64,000 nucleotides of DNA from an uncultured Coxiellaceae bacterium (GCA_964559315.1 CAZLGL010000010.1:7624-71623); one strand, 5' to 3'. Positions 35,316-46,833 are shown, counted from the stretch's first letter. Notes: generated from the sequence alone by a model not told the origin. A program made the numbers and translations.

Positions 35316-37452
35316 GGCATTTTCGAAATTATCCCGTCAAGAACGCTTTGCGCGTTTAATGGAAATGGGTGCGCTTACGCAAGAAGATGTTTTATTCCTC
35401 GAGTCATCAGTCCATCAAGATTTTCATGATCTTGCTGAAAATTTCGTCGAAAATTCTTTGGGATGTTTCCCATTACCGTTAGGCGTAGCCGCGCATTTTC
35501 ATATCGATAACAAAGATTATGCGATTCCGATGGCTGTAGAAGAAACATCGGTGATTGCAGCGGTCAGTAATATGGCGAAATGGATTCGCCAAGAGGGCGA
35601 CATTAAAACGCGCATTATTGGCAAAGAAATTATTGGGCAAATTCAAGTTGGGTCACCAAAAGATATCACGCAATCTACAAGATTAATCTTAGAAAATAAA
35701 TTAGCATTTATTGAGTTGGCCAATAAAAACATCGTCCCCAATTTAGTTGCGCGGGGTGGTGGCGTAACCGATATTCAATGCCGTGATGTAGACGGTATGT
35801 TAATTATCCATGTGTTATTAAATCCCTGCGATGCTATGGGCGCAAATTTAATCAATCAAGTTTGTGAGTATCTGAAAAATCCTATTGAAAAGCTCACAAA
35901 CGAAAAAATAAATATCTGTATTTTATCCAATCTGGTCGATACTAAATTAACGGAAGTGATTATTACCATAAAAAATGTTGAAGAATCGTTAGGGAGGGGG
36001 ATTGAACAAGCCTCCAAATTTGCAGAAGCCGATCCGTATCGTGCCGCAACGCATAATAAAGGTGTATTAAATGGCATGGATCCTGTTGCGATTGCAACGG
36101 GGAATGATTGGCGTGCATTAGAAGCGGGCGTGCATGCGTATGCCGCGCGTTCTGGAAAATATACCGCGATTACGAAATGGCGTTATGAGAATGGTGAATT
36201 AAAAGGTACTTTGATTGCGCCTGTTATTGTGGGTACCGTGGGTGGTGTGACACGATTACATGCTACCGCAAAATTATGTTTGCGCATGTTGGGTGTTGAA
36301 AGTGCAGATGAGTTATCGCGTGTGATTGCCGCAGTCGGATTAGTCCAAAATTTAGGTGCGCTTAAAGCCTTAAGTACAAAGGGTATCGTTGAAGGCCACA
36401 TGAAATTGCATATTAAAAATTTATTATTAGCCGTCGGCGCGAAAGAAAAAGAGCAAAAAATATTATTATCAGAGTGTGAAAAATTTGTAAAAGATCATCG
36501 CAAGATTACCGAAAGCGATGTTAAAAAATTGTTACATCAGTATAGACATCACGAGGACGAATTCATGATTTCATCCGATTTTCATGTTAAAGCACACGCC
36601 AAGTGGATTTTGACCGGCGAACATGCGGTATTGCGTGGGCACACCGCGTTAGTATTTCCTATCCCGAATAAATTTATTGAATTATTTTATTGGGATAAAC
36701 CTGAAAGTTTAGCCGTCGATTTTAATGCGCCACAAGGCGAGACTCTTTTAGTCTTGTTTTGGGGGGTATTTGAGGAAGGCTTAAAATTATTGAATAAAAA
36801 ACATACGGATATTCAGGGACGATTATTTTTCAGAAATAATATTCCTATGGGGGCGGGCATGGGATTTTCCGCCGCGTTTTGTGTGACCTTAACGAAATTA
36901 TTTCAATATAAGGGCTGGTTGAAGGAAGAGCAGTGTTTTGAATTTGCGCGCCAATTGGAAAATCATTTTCACGGTAAAAGCAGTGGGGTAGATATTGCGG
37001 GTACTTTGTATGATGGCGGCATGAAATTTGATATGAAAAATGGTCCTACGCCGATTCAATTAAATTGGCGCCCGCAGCTATATCTTTCACACTCGGGAAA
37101 AATTAGTGTGACGTCCAAGTGTATTAATGTCGTCAAAGAATTATGGGAAACCAATTCAGCGTTGGCTGAACAGATTGATTTAAATATGGCAGAAAGTGCA
37201 GTATTGGCTGAAAAAGCGTTGAGTGAATCCGAGCAATCGGGATTGAATTTATTAAAAAAATCCATTTTAAAAGCCAATGAATCTTTTTCGCAGTGGGGAT
37301 TATTGGACGGTGAATTAGGTGATCACATTAAGCAATTAACGGAAGCGGGTGCGTTAGCGTGTAAACCGACCGGTGCCGGAGATGGTGGATATGTATTAAG
37401 TCTGTGGGACAAAATGCCTGAATTGCCGTTTGAAATGATTGCGGTGTTTTAA
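35296..37452 (+). CDS. Bifunctional class II HMG-CoA reductase (aa 1-423) / mevalonate kinase (aa 424-718)
   Basis: HMGR motifs: NPCDAMGANLINQ, VGTVGGVT, EGHMKLH. GHMP-kinase motifs: AKWILTGEHAVLRGH, NIPMGAGMGFSAAF, KPTGAGDGGYV. No stop codon separates the halves. An internal GAGGA lies 7 nt before the ATG at 36565. Confidence 0.8.
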   Translation: MKQNPFEAFSKLSRQERFARLMEMGALTQEDVLFLESSVHQDFHDLAENFVENSLGCFPLPLGVAAHFHIDNKDYAIPMAVEETSVIAAVSNMAKWIRQEGDIKTRIIGKEIIGQIQVGSPKDITQSTRLILENKLAFIELANKNIVPNLVARGGGVTDIQCRDVDGMLIIHVLLNPCDAMGANLINQVCEYLKNPIEKLTNEKINICILSNLVDTKLTEVIITIKNVEESLGRGIEQASKFAEADPYRAATHNKGVLNGMDPVAIATGNDWRALEAGVHAYAARSGKYTAITKWRYENGELKGTLIAPVIVGTVGGVTRLHATAKLCLRMLGVESADELSRVIAAVGLVQNLGALKALSTKGIVEGHMKLHIKNLLLAVGAKEKEQKILLSECEKFVKDHRKITESDVKKLLHQYRHHEDEFMISSDFHVKAHAKWILTGEHAVLRGHTALVFPIPNKFIELFYWDKPESLAVDFNAPQGETLLVLFWGVFEEGLKLLNKKHTDIQGRLFFRNNIPMGAGMGFSAAFCVTLTKLFQYKGWLKEEQCFEFARQLENHFHGKSSGVDIAGTLYDGGMKFDMKNGPTPIQLNWRPQLYLSHSGKISVTSKCINVVKELWETNSALAEQIDLNMAESAVLAEKALSESEQSGLNLLKKSILKANESFSQWGLLDGELGDHIKQLTEAGALACKPTGAGDGGYVLSLWDKMPELPFEMIAVF

Positions 37453-37454
37453 TT

Positions 37455-37988
37455 ATGTCAGAAATCATGCTAGTCAACGAAAACGATGAGCCCATTGGTG
37501 TTGCAGATAAATTAGAGGCGCACGAAAAGGGTTTATTGCATCGGGCTTTTTCTATTTTTATTTATCGGAATGGTCCGAATGGATTAGAAATCTTATTACA
37601 AAAACGGCAGACGAAAAAATATCACAGTGGTGGATTGTGGACCAACACGTGTTGCAGTCATCCCTTATTTAATGAAACGTTAAAAGAAGCCGCAGAGAAG
37701 AGATTAAAAGAAGAAATGGGATTGTCTTCTGATCTATTTGAAATTGGCGTATTTCATTATCGTGCCGAAGTGGGGAATGGCTTAATTGAAAATGAAATTG
37801 ATCATGTATTAATCGGCGAATTATTATCGCCAAAAATTAAAATTAATCCGGAAGAGGTTGAAGCGTTTACGTGGATGCCGGTTCAACAACTGGCGGAAGA
37901 GTTAAATAAATCCCCGGAGAAATATACGGCGTGGTTACGTCAAGCACTCGAGATATTTTTGAAGCATTTTTCTTTGGCGAATAATTGA
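37455..37988 (+). CDS. idi: Isopentenyl-diphosphate delta-isomerase, type 1 (Nudix)
   Basis: HRAFSIFI, WTNTCCSHP and ENEIDHVL motifs. It starts 2 nt after the HMGR-MK stop. Confidence 0.85.
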   Translation: MSEIMLVNENDEPIGVADKLEAHEKGLLHRAFSIFIYRNGPNGLEILLQKRQTKKYHSGGLWTNTCCSHPLFNETLKEAAEKRLKEEMGLSSDLFEIGVFHYRAEVGNGLIENEIDHVLIGELLSPKIKINPEEVEAFTWMPVQQLAEELNKSPEKYTAWLRQALEIFLKHFSLANN

Positions 37989-38890
37989 GCCCGCGAATTT
38001 AAAACATCTTTAACGGCTAGTGGTTTTCCGCCGGCTAACTGTAATTTTTTAATTCTTAAAATATGGGCGTCGCAAGTATCGCCCTTACCCGTTTTTATAT
38101 CAATACCCATTGGCCCTGAATCAACAATAGTACCCGGTGTAGTAGTAGGTTGTAGGGGCGATGCTTGCGACGCCCGGATTTCCGCTTCCCATATTTTAAT
38201 GATTTGATCATCCATATAACTATACGCCGGATAAAACGTGCGGATTTGGCGATTGATTTCTTCTGCAGATTGAGTCCAATTAATTTCAGCGTCAGCTTTT
38301 TCGACTTTGTGCGCATAAGTCACTAATGATTCATCTTGTTTGATCGGCGTAATGTGATCAATGTTTTCGAGAGTGTGGAGTAATAATTTTGCGCCCATCG
38401 TCGATAACGTATGCTCTAACGTTTTTATATTGTCAGTGTGTAATATCTTATATTTTTCTTGCATCAATATATCACCCGTATCCATTCCTTTTTCCATTTG
38501 CATAATCGTCACGCCCGTTTCTGTATCGCCTGCTAGCAACGGGCGAATAATAGGCGCCGCTCCTCGCCATCGAGGTAGCAAAGAAGGATGAACATTAATA
38601 CAGCCGTATTTCGGTTTGTTTAAAATAAATTCAGGAATTAATAAACCGTACATGGCTACCACAAATACATCAATATTTTCATGCGGAAACTCTTTTAGTT
38701 TTTCCGGTTGAAAAACAGGAATATTATTTTTTCGCGCGAGTTGTTTGATGGGGGATTCGTGTAAGTGTCGACCACGACCCGCAGGACGATCAGGTTGTGT
38801 GTAAACCGCAACAATTTCATGAGAAGCGTGAATAAGAGCATCCAAAACAGGGACGGCAAGTTCGGGTGTTCCCGCAAAAATAATTTTCAT
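37940..38890 (-). CDS. fmt: Methionyl-tRNA formyltransferase
   Basis: MKIIFAGTPELAVPVL and HPSLLPRWRGAAPI motifs. It overlaps the def stop. Confidence 0.92.
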   Translation of the reverse strand: MKIIFAGTPELAVPVLDALIHASHEIVAVYTQPDRPAGRGRHLHESPIKQLARKNNIPVFQPEKLKEFPHENIDVFVVAMYGLLIPEFILNKPKYGCINVHPSLLPRWRGAAPIIRPLLAGDTETGVTIMQMEKGMDTGDILMQEKYKILHTDNIKTLEHTLSTMGAKLLLHTLENIDHITPIKQDESLVTYAHKVEKADAEINWTQSAEEINRQIRTFYPAYSYMDDQIIKIWEAEIRASQASPLQPTTTPGTIVDSGPMGIDIKTGKGDTCDAHILRIKKLQLAGGKPLAVKDVLNSRAQLFAKEKCFKNISSA

Positions 38891-39390
38891 AGGCGATAAC
38901 GTTCTTGTTTTTTCAGTTTTTTGCGAATGCGATCTTGTTTCATCGCGGAGAGGTGATCAATAAATAATTTGCCTTCTAAGTGATCAATTTCATGTTGAAT
39001 ACAATCTGCTAACAGACCTTCAGCATGAATCGTGTGCGATTGATTATTTTTATCGAGATATTTAAAAACGACTTTTTCAGCGCGTTTTACTTTTTCATAA
39101 ATACCGGGAACGGAAAGACAGCCTTCTTCGTATTCTTTTTGGCCCTCAGAAGAAAGGATTTCAGGATTAATAAAAAATTGAGGTTGGTTGTATTCATCCG
39201 AAACATCCACGACGATTAAACGCTTTTGAATGTTGACCTGGGTCGCGGCTAACCCTACACCGCGATCGGCGTACATCGTTTCTAACATATCATCCAATAT
39301 TTTGAGGATGTCGGGGGTTACCGATTCGATGGGCTCGGCTTTTAAACGCAGCCGAGGATTCGGGTAATGCAGGACATTAAGTAACGCCAT
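38887..39390 (-). CDS. def: Peptide deformylase
   Basis: GVGLAATQV, EGCLSVPG and HEIDHLEG motifs. The probable start is MALLNVL at 39390. Confidence 0.92.
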   Translation of the reverse strand: MALLNVLHYPNPRLRLKAEPIESVTPDILKILDDMLETMYADRGVGLAATQVNIQKRLIVVDVSDEYNQPQFFINPEILSSEGQKEYEEGCLSVPGIYEKVKRAEKVVFKYLDKNNQSHTIHAEGLLADCIQHEIDHLEGKLFIDHLSAMKQDRIRKKLKKQERYRL

Positions 39391-39427
39391 GAGGTCTCCG
39401 GTTTTTAACATGTTGTGGTATTATAAG

Positions 39428-39733
39428 ATGATGAAAAAACGCATTCCAGTCTTACAAGTTGCTGTCGTGAGTACCTCTCCTTCATTGGGAGATGTTGCCA
39501 GCAATATGAATTCCGCTGCAGGTATTTTTACCAATGTTTTCACGGATATTTTTTATCTTATTGGTATCATGCTGGTGTTTGCCGCAATCGTAAAATACCG
39601 TGATCACCGAATGAATCAGCAAGAAACGACATTAACGCGCGTGTTAGTGTTGCTATTTTCAGGATTAGTGATTGGTTTTGCGCCATGGATGATTACCCAT
39701 TTTGGGAATCATGTTTCCCAATATAACGTATGA
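39428..39733 (+). CDS. Small two-TM membrane protein, tentatively IcmD/DotP-like
   Basis: The pattern is hydrophobic helix, then [12 protein letters not shown], then a second helix. This recalls the ..KFKxHKDNPTQ.. loop of IcmD/DotP-type T4BSS subunits. The comparison is from memory only. Confidence 0.3.
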   Translation: MMKKRIPVLQVAVVSTSPSLGDVASNMNSAAGIFTNVFTDIFYLIGIMLVFAAIVKYRDHRMNQQETTLTRVLVLLFSGLVIGFAPWMITHFGNHVSQYNV

Positions 39734-39740
39734 GAACACT

Positions 39741-40490
39741 ATGAAAATTTTAGTGACAAACGATGATGGTGTACAAGCGCCGGGAATTATTGCATTAGCC
39801 CGTGCAATGCAAACTTTAGGTGAGGTGACGGTAGTAGCGCCGAATCGCAATCGCAGTGGTGCAAGCAATTCGTTATCGCTTCAAAATCCCATTCGTGCCG
39901 TCCGATTGGAAAATGGTTTTTACAGTGTAGAGGGTACGCCAACAGATTGTGTGCACTTAGCAATCACAGGATTATTAAAAGAAAAGCCGGATATTGTTGT
40001 TTCAGGAATTAATGCAGGGTGTAATTTAGGCGATGATATTTTTTATTCAGGAACAGTTGCGGCGGCGATGGAAGGGCGATTATTAGGATTGCCGTCAGTT
40101 GCAATTTCATTACAAGACAAACATGAGCATTTTGAAACAGCGGCGCAAGTCGCGAAAAATATTGTTTCTGCGTTAGTGCGAAATCGATTGCCGTCTTATA
40201 CGTTTTTAAATGTAAACGTGCCGGATGTGGCAATTGATAAAATTAAAGGCTTTGATATTACGCGTATGGGTACACGACATCGTGCGGAAAAAATGTTGCG
40301 TGAATATGACCCACGTGGACAAGCGATTTATTGGGTCGGTTTGCCAGGTCCTGGACAAGATGCAGGATTGGGAACTGATTTTTATGCGATTGAAAATGAT
40401 CGGGTTTCGATTACGCCATTGCAATTAGACATGACCCATTATCAAGTATTTGAAGGATTGGCGGAGTGGGTGAAGGATGTGGTGATTTAA
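39741..40490 (+). CDS. surE: 5'/3'-nucleotidase SurE
   Basis: [28 protein letters not shown]. Confidence 0.92.
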   Translation: MKILVTNDDGVQAPGIIALARAMQTLGEVTVVAPNRNRSGASNSLSLQNPIRAVRLENGFYSVEGTPTDCVHLAITGLLKEKPDIVVSGINAGCNLGDDIFYSGTVAAAMEGRLLGLPSVAISLQDKHEHFETAAQVAKNIVSALVRNRLPSYTFLNVNVPDVAIDKIKGFDITRMGTRHRAEKMLREYDPRGQAIYWVGLPGPGQDAGLGTDFYAIENDRVSITPLQLDMTHYQVFEGLAEWVKDVVI

Positions 40491-40493
40491 CAC

Positions 40494-41072
40494 ATGCAAC
40501 TATTCTCAGGTCTCTACAAAAAAGTTATCACGTGGTCGCATCATCGTCATGCGCCCGCGTATTTATATGCATTAAGTTTTGCTGAATCATCTTTTTTTCC
40601 GATTCCGCCGGATTTTATGTTAGCGCCCATGGCATTAGCGAAACCGGAAAAATCATTAACCTATGCTGCCTACACGACGCTATTTTCTATTTTGGGTGCA
40701 TTGTTTGGTTATTTAATTGGATTTTTCTTCATGCATTTATTATGGTCCCATGTTGTTCACTGGGGATATGCGCCGACCTTTGAAAAAGTCCAACATTTTT
40801 TTGCGGTATGGGGGTTTTGGGTCATGTTTGTTGCGGCATTCGGTCCCATTCCGTATAAATTTTTTACGATAACCGGTGGTGTAATACATATGGCATTACT
40901 GCCGTTTATTTTAGGATCACTGGCAGGGCGTGGGGGGCGATTTTTTTTAGTCGCGTTATTAATTCGCTACAAAGGTGAATCCATGGAAAAGTTTTTGCTA
41001 AAATACATCGACCGATTAGGATGGATTGTATTAGTGCTGATGCTGAGTTGGGGGATTTACCATTTTGTGTAA
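40494..41072 (+). CDS. YqaA/DedA-type (SNARE-associated) membrane protein
   Basis: YLYALSFAESSFFPIPPDFMLAPMAL. It occupies the position where pcm sits in E. coli surE-pcm-nlpD-rpoS. Confidence 0.7.
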   Translation: MQLFSGLYKKVITWSHHRHAPAYLYALSFAESSFFPIPPDFMLAPMALAKPEKSLTYAAYTTLFSILGALFGYLIGFFFMHLLWSHVVHWGYAPTFEKVQHFFAVWGFWVMFVAAFGPIPYKFFTITGGVIHMALLPFILGSLAGRGGRFFLVALLIRYKGESMEKFLLKYIDRLGWIVLVLMLSWGIYHFV

Positions 41073-41814
41073 GCGAATTTTATTTTTTATTGCATTGTTA
41101 ATTTTTTTGACCAGCTGTGATGTTTCCAGCAGAAAATTTGCACCGGTTTCAAATGGCTGGAAATCGTCTGCGGCGTCGCAAGTCTATCGCGTACAAAAAT
41201 CCGATACCTTATATTCTATTGCATTTCGATTTGGATTAGATGTAAATCAATTAGCAACCATTAATAATATTCCTTCGCCATATCGCGTTCATCCGGGGCA
41301 AATGATTAATTTATTACCCGGTGCAACAGACAGTACTATCCAGATTGTGTCCGCTCCTGTTCCGTTGGTAAAACCGCAAACACCACCGCCCGTGCAAACA
41401 CCCGTACAACCTCAACCGGTTGCGACCGGACGTGTCGGACAATGGGCATGGCCTGCATCCGGAAAAATTATTTCACCGTTTTCGGATACATACGGTGGAA
41501 ACAAAGGCATCGATATTGGCGGAAAATTAGGCGATCCCGTGAGTGCAACGGCTGCTGGAAAAGTTGTGTATTGCGGAACCGGATTACGCGGCTATGGGTT
41601 ATTAATTATTATCAAACACAATCAACAATATTTAAGTGCGTATGCGCATAATAGTCGTGCGCTTGTAAAAGAAGGTGATGTGGTTAAACAAGGACAAGTG
41701 ATAGCGAAAATGGGAAGTTCGGATGCAACACACGTGATGTTGCATTTTGAAATTCGTCAGTCGGGACGTCCTGTTGATCCGCTCGGGTTATTACCACCAC
41801 GTAAGGGAAATTGA
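41065..41814 (+). CDS. nlpD: LysM + M23 peptidase lipoprotein NlpD
   Basis: Lipobox is FLTSC. LysM segment is [30 protein letters not shown] Pro/Gln linker follows. M23 motifs are GIDIGG..HNS..MLHFEIR. Confidence 0.9.
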   Translation: MCKRILFFIALLIFLTSCDVSSRKFAPVSNGWKSSAASQVYRVQKSDTLYSIAFRFGLDVNQLATINNIPSPYRVHPGQMINLLPGATDSTIQIVSAPVPLVKPQTPPPVQTPVQPQPVATGRVGQWAWPASGKIISPFSDTYGGNKGIDIGGKLGDPVSATAAGKVVYCGTGLRGYGLLIIIKHNQQYLSAYAHNSRALVKEGDVVKQGQVIAKMGSSDATHVMLHFEIRQSGRPVDPLGLLPPRKGN

Positions 41815-42662
41815 TGCATCCAAAAAAAACGGACGTAGATGCAGCGAAGCTGTATCTCAGTGAAATTGGATTCACGCCATTATTAAGTGCTGAAGACGAA
41901 GTATATTACGGACGCTTAGCGCAAGCCGGTGATGAAAAAGCCCGAGTTCATATGATCGAAGCGAATTTACGCTTGGTCGTAAAAATCGCACGACATTATG
42001 CTAAACGCGGCATGGCTTTTTTAGATGTCGTTGAAGAAGGCAATTTGGGATTAATGCATGCCGTTGAAAAATTTGATCCGGAACGGGGATTTCGTTTTTC
42101 GACGTACGCTACATGGTGGATTCGCCAAACGATTGAGCGTGCATTAATTAATCAAACGCGTGCGATTCGATTACCCGTGCATGTTGTGAAAGAATTAAAT
42201 GTGTATTTGCGCGCTGCTAAAGTATTGACGAAACAATTACATCACGATGCTACACCGGAAGATATTGCCAATGCGTTAGACAAGCCACTCGAAGAAGTCA
42301 AAGAAGTTTTGGCGTTAAATGAACCAGTGACCTCTGTCGATATGACATTAGCAGATGAAACCAGCAAAACAATTTTGGATACCATTGAAGATGGCAAAGG
42401 TGATCTCGAAGATAATATTGTCAATGATGATTTGCATTTGCATTTAGAAGGCTGGCTCGAAGAATTAACGCCACAACAACACGAAATTATTGCGCGTCGT
42501 TTTGGATTTGAAGACTATGAACCCATGACGTTGGAAGAAATTGGCAATGCCATTGGATTAACGCGTGAACGCGTACGACAACTGCAAGCGGAAGCACTAA
42601 AAGTATTGCGTAAAATTGTCGAATCCCATGGACTTTCACACGATACTGCAATGCATAAATAG
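41811..42662 (+). CDS. rpoS: Stationary-phase sigma factor RpoS
   Basis: [49 protein letters not shown]. It lies downstream of nlpD. Confidence 0.9.
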   Translation: MMHPKKTDVDAAKLYLSEIGFTPLLSAEDEVYYGRLAQAGDEKARVHMIEANLRLVVKIARHYAKRGMAFLDVVEEGNLGLMHAVEKFDPERGFRFSTYATWWIRQTIERALINQTRAIRLPVHVVKELNVYLRAAKVLTKQLHHDATPEDIANALDKPLEEVKEVLALNEPVTSVDMTLADETSKTILDTIEDGKGDLEDNIVNDDLHLHLEGWLEELTPQQHEIIARRFGFEDYEPMTLEEIGNAIGLTRERVRQLQAEALKVLRKIVESHGLSHDTAMHK

Positions 42663-42673
42663 AACAGGAGATA

Positions 42674-43597
42674 ATGATGACGAAAAAAACAGCAATGGTT
42701 TTTCCCGGACAAGGTTCACAAAGTGTTGGTATGTTAAATGCGTATCAGCCCCATCCGCAGGTTAAAATACTGCAAGAATTATTTTCTCGCGCATCCGAAA
42801 TTTTATCGTATGATTTATTAAAAATTATTCAAGAGGGTCCTGCTGAAAAATTAAATCAAACGGAAATAACACAGCCAGCATTATTGGTGTCCAGTGTTGC
42901 ATTGTGGGAAATGTGGAAAGCATCCGCTGAGCATAATCCCATTGTTTTTGCAGGACACAGTTTAGGCGAATATTCCGCACTGGTATGCTCGGGAGTACTG
43001 TCGTTTGAAGAAGGTGTAAGATGTGTTTCCAACCGCGGAAAATATATGCAAGAAGCGGTGCCCGAAGGCAAAGGCGCCATGGCAGCGATTATTGGGTTAT
43101 CGCCTGAAAAAATTGATGAAATTTGTTGTGCGGTTTCAGAAGGTGAAATCGTTTCGGCAGCAAATATTAATGCACCAGGTCAAATCGTCATTGCGGGTGA
43201 AACACATGCCGTTGATCGTGCAATGGTCGCGGCAAAAACGGCTGGCGCGAAACTGATTAAAAAATTAGATGTCAGTGTGCCGTCGCATTGTGCGCTCATG
43301 AAAAGCGCAGCAGAAAAATTAAAAATCTTAATGGAAAATATGTCCTTCCATGCGCCGCATATTCCGGTTATTCAAAATACGTCGGCAAGTATTAATGCGA
43401 CTATTCCCGAAATTAAATCCGCATTATGTGATCAGTTATTTAGTCCCGTACGATGGGTTGAAAGTATCGAAAGGCTTTCGCGTGATTTTGCGCCTGAAAT
43501 CATTATAGAATGTGGTCCGGGAAAAGTATTAGCCGGATTAAATAAACGTATTATGACAATTCCGACCATTTCAATTGAGGAAGCTTTGCATGTTTAA
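42674..43597 (+). CDS. fabD: Malonyl-CoA:ACP transacylase
   Basis: FPGQGSQSVGM, GHSLGEYSAL. Confidence 0.93.
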   Translation: MMTKKTAMVFPGQGSQSVGMLNAYQPHPQVKILQELFSRASEILSYDLLKIIQEGPAEKLNQTEITQPALLVSSVALWEMWKASAEHNPIVFAGHSLGEYSALVCSGVLSFEEGVRCVSNRGKYMQEAVPEGKGAMAAIIGLSPEKIDEICCAVSEGEIVSAANINAPGQIVIAGETHAVDRAMVAAKTAGAKLIKKLDVSVPSHCALMKSAAEKLKILMENMSFHAPHIPVIQNTSASINATIPEIKSALCDQLFSPVRWVESIERLSRDFAPEIIIECGPGKVLAGLNKRIMTIPTISIEEALHV

Positions 43598-44294
43598 CTT
43601 ATCAGGAAAAACAGCGTTAGTGACAGGTGCAAGTCGCGGTATTGGATTTGCGATTGCAGAAACCTTACGAAAAATGGGTGCTACCGTAATTGGTACTGCT
43701 ACTACACTGGAAGGTGCTGCCAAAATTAATGGCAAAGTCTTGAATGTTGCGGACCCGAAATCCATTGATGCTTTGTTAGCTGAGATTCCGAATGGCCCTG
43801 ATATTTTAATCAATAACGCCGGGATCACGCGCGATAATTTGTTATTACGCATGAAAGACGAGGAGTGGAACGCGGTTATCGAAACTAATTTATCTGGCGT
43901 TTTTCGTTTAACACGGGCGTGTTTGAAACCCATGTTAAAAGCCCGTTGGGGAAGAATCATTACGATTGGTTCGGTGTCGGGTGTCATGGGAAATCCGGGC
44001 CAAGCGAACTATGCGGCAGCCAAAGCCGGATTGATTGGGTTTTCGAAAGCCTTAGCCCCTGAGATTGCCAGCCGAAATATTACCGTCAATGTCGTTGCCC
44101 CGGGTTTTATCGACAGCGATATGACGCGTGCGTTGACCGAAGAGCAACGAGGGAAAATTTTCGAGCGGATTCCCGCAGCGCGTTTGGGGTCCCCCGAGGA
44201 AATCGCCGCTACCGTGGGCTTCCTAGCCTCCCCCGAAGCGGCCTACATCACGGGAGAGACTATTCAGGTCAACGGTGGCATGTATATGCAATGA
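43590..44294 (+). CDS. fabG: 3-oxoacyl-ACP reductase
   Basis: The start is MFNLSGKTALVTGASRGIG. YAAAKAG and ITGETIQVNGGMYM are present. Confidence 0.93.
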   Translation: MFNLSGKTALVTGASRGIGFAIAETLRKMGATVIGTATTLEGAAKINGKVLNVADPKSIDALLAEIPNGPDILINNAGITRDNLLLRMKDEEWNAVIETNLSGVFRLTRACLKPMLKARWGRIITIGSVSGVMGNPGQANYAAAKAGLIGFSKALAPEIASRNITVNVVAPGFIDSDMTRALTEEQRGKIFERIPAARLGSPEEIAATVGFLASPEAAYITGETIQVNGGMYMQ

Positions 44295-44339
44295 GTTTTA
44301 TGGTAAATTCGTTTTTTTAATTGAGGAGAGATGCCAACA

Positions 44340-44579
44340 ATGAGTATCGATATTGAAAAACGTGTAAAGGAAATTGTCGCAGAACAATTAGGCGTAAATA
44401 TTGAGCAAGTTACTAACGAAGCTTCGTTTGTAGATGATTTAGGCGCTGATTCTCTTGATACCGTTGAATTAGTGATGGCGCTGGAAGATGCATTTGAAAT
44501 TGAAATTCCAGACGAAGAAGCTGAGAAAATCGGCACCATTCAACAAGCGATTGATTATATCAACGCTCACAAGAAGTAA
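44340..44579 (+). CDS. acpP: Acyl carrier protein
   Basis: [35 protein letters not shown] lies 11 nt upstream of 44340. Confidence 0.95.
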   Translation: MSIDIEKRVKEIVAEQLGVNIEQVTNEASFVDDLGADSLDTVELVMALEDAFEIEIPDEEAEKIGTIQQAIDYINAHKK

Positions 44580-44587
44580 TTCCTTCT

Positions 44588-45823
44588 ATGAAAAGACGTG
44601 TTGTCGTTACCGGATTAGGTATGGTTACGCCGTTAGGCTTAACTGTACATGATACTTGGCAGGCATTGATTGCAGGGAAAAGTGGTGCAGGTCCTATTAC
44701 GCAATTTGATGCGAGCCAATACACAACACGTTTTGCAGCCAGCGTTAAAAATTTTGATTCGACCCCCTATTTAAATCCCAAAGATGCACGGAAATTCGAT
44801 ATTTTTGTGCAATATGCGGTCGCTGCGACAAAACAAGCGATGGATGATTCAGGACTGGTTATTACAGAAGCACTTGCGCCTCGCGTGGGTGTTGCTGTTG
44901 GTTCTGGCATTGGTGGATTACCCAGCATTGAAAAAACGCATCAAACAATTTTGGAATCCGGCCCGCGCCGTGTTTCACCATTTTTTATTCCGGGGACCAT
45001 TATTAATATGGCCGCCGGATTAGTGTCTATGCAATTTCAGGCCAAAGGACCAAATATTAGTATTGTTACGGCGTGTACGACAGGTGCACATAATATTGGT
45101 TATGCGATGCGAACCATTCAATATGGTGATGCAGATATTATGATTGCAGGTGGTGCAGAGATGGCGATTTGTCCATTAGGACTAGGTGGATTTGCCGCAT
45201 GTCGTGCATTGTCTACGCGAAATGATGTGCCTGAAAAAGCAAGCCGTCCGTGGGATAAAGATCGGGACGGGTTTGTATTAGGGGATGGTGCAGGCGTTTT
45301 AATTTTAGAAGAATATGAGCATGCAAAAAAACGCGGTGCGAAAATTTATGCAGAATTAGCTGGGTTTGGTATGAGTGCTGATGCGTATCACATTACGTCA
45401 CCGGATCCCGATGCGTCTGGATTTGTTGCTACGATGTCGAACGCATTACACGATGCGCAATTATCACCTGATAAAATAAATTATATAAATGCACATGGAA
45501 CGTCGACGCCGGCAGGTGATGAAGTAGAAGTTAAAGCCGTAAAATTAACGTTTGGTGAACATGCGAAAAAATTAAGCATGAGTTCAACCAAATCCATGAC
45601 AGGACATTTGTTGGGTGCTGCAGGTGCCATTGAAGCAATATTTTCTGTATTAGCGATACGCGATCAAGTCGCACCGCCCACCATTAATTTAGATAATCCC
45701 AGCGAGGGCTGTGATTTAGATTTAATTCCTCACACCGCACGTAAAATGAAAATCGAAGTTGCACTTTCAAATTCATTCGGATTCGGTGGTACAAACGGAT
45801 CCCTAATCTTTCGTACTGCATGA
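44588..45823 (+). CDS. fabF: 3-oxoacyl-ACP synthase II
   Basis: [10 protein letters not shown] (active Cys), [24 protein letters not shown]. Confidence 0.93.
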   Translation: MKRRVVVTGLGMVTPLGLTVHDTWQALIAGKSGAGPITQFDASQYTTRFAASVKNFDSTPYLNPKDARKFDIFVQYAVAATKQAMDDSGLVITEALAPRVGVAVGSGIGGLPSIEKTHQTILESGPRRVSPFFIPGTIINMAAGLVSMQFQAKGPNISIVTACTTGAHNIGYAMRTIQYGDADIMIAGGAEMAICPLGLGGFAACRALSTRNDVPEKASRPWDKDRDGFVLGDGAGVLILEEYEHAKKRGAKIYAELAGFGMSADAYHITSPDPDASGFVATMSNALHDAQLSPDKINYINAHGTSTPAGDEVEVKAVKLTFGEHAKKLSMSSTKSMTGHLLGAAGAIEAIFSVLAIRDQVAPPTINLDNPSEGCDLDLIPHTARKMKIEVALSNSFGFGGTNGSLIFRTA

Positions 45824-46833
45824 AGTACGTTCATTATTCTAATCGGTTTTTATTCGCGCTGGCGGCGTTAATTATTTTTCTGTTAAGCATTGCGTCATTT
45901 TTAATTGATTGGGAAATCTTTCTTCACACGCCTGCGGTTCCCGCCAACACTCATGTAGATTATATTTTGCCGGCAGGTGCATCTGTTCGAGTATTAGCCG
46001 ATGATTTAAATCAATTGGGTTTGATTAAACGACCTAAATATTTAATTTTATTAGCGTACATGAAAAATTACGCGAATCATTTGCATGCTGGTGAATATCG
46101 TTTTGAAGCAGGGACTACGCCATATCAATTATTAAAACAAATTTATGATGGAAAAGTGTTGTATCGCCAAGTCGTATTTTATGAAGGCATTACGTACGAT
46201 CAAATCATGCAAATGTTAGAAAGCAATCCTTTGATTGAACACAAATTAGCGGGATTGCCGCCAATATTAGTCTTAATGGATTTACATATTCCGCACACGC
46301 GTCCGGAAGGATTATTTTTCCCGGATACGTATCGTTATACAGCTGGCATGAGTGATGTAACAATTTTAAAACAAGCCTATCAATTAATGCAGAAGAATTT
46401 AAATAAAGAGTGGGGCAATCGCGCAAAAGATGCGCCATACTCAGACAGCTATCATGCCTTAATTGCAGCATCGATTATTGAAAAAGAAGCAGAAATTGAG
46501 AGTGATCGTCCGATTATTTCGGGCGTGATTATGCGACGGTTGCATAAAAATATGCCCTTACAAATGGATCCAACAGTGATTTATGCGATGGGCCCGAATT
46601 TTAAACCGCCATTGCGTGGCGAAGATTTAAAAATAGATAGTCCGTATAACACGTATTTACATTTGGGGTTACCGCCAACGCCCATTTGTATGCCAGGGTT
46701 GGCGTCGATTCATGCGGCGTTACATCCTGCGCCGGGTGATGTATTGTATTTCTTTGCACGCGGTGATGGCACACATCAATTTTCAGCGACGTATGCTGAA
46801 CAGAAAGCTGCGATTGCAAAATACGGGCGTTAA
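45820..46833 (+). CDS. mltG: Endolytic murein transglycosylase MltG (YceG)
   Basis: N-terminal TM segment, [34 protein letters not shown]. Confidence 0.9.
   Translation: MKYVHYSNRFLFALAALIIFLLSIASFLIDWEIFLHTPAVPANTHVDYILPAGASVRVLADDLNQLGLIKRPKYLILLAYMKNYANHLHAGEYRFEAGTTPYQLLKQIYDGKVLYRQVVFYEGITYDQIMQMLESNPLIEHKLAGLPPILVLMDLHIPHTRPEGLFFPDTYRYTAGMSDVTILKQAYQLMQKNLNKEWGNRAKDAPYSDSYHALIAASIIEKEAEIESDRPIISGVIMRRLHKNMPLQMDPTVIYAMGPNFKPPLRGEDLKIDSPYNTYLHLGLPPTPICMPGLASIHAALHPAPGDVLYFFARGDGTHQFSATYAEQKAAIAKYGR

Noticed and set aside
40494-41072. yqaA-like gene replacing pcm in surE-pcm-nlpD-rpoS
   Set aside because: This is a real difference from E. coli but an ordinary lineage-specific gene-order variation. 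I see nothing unusual in the sequence.
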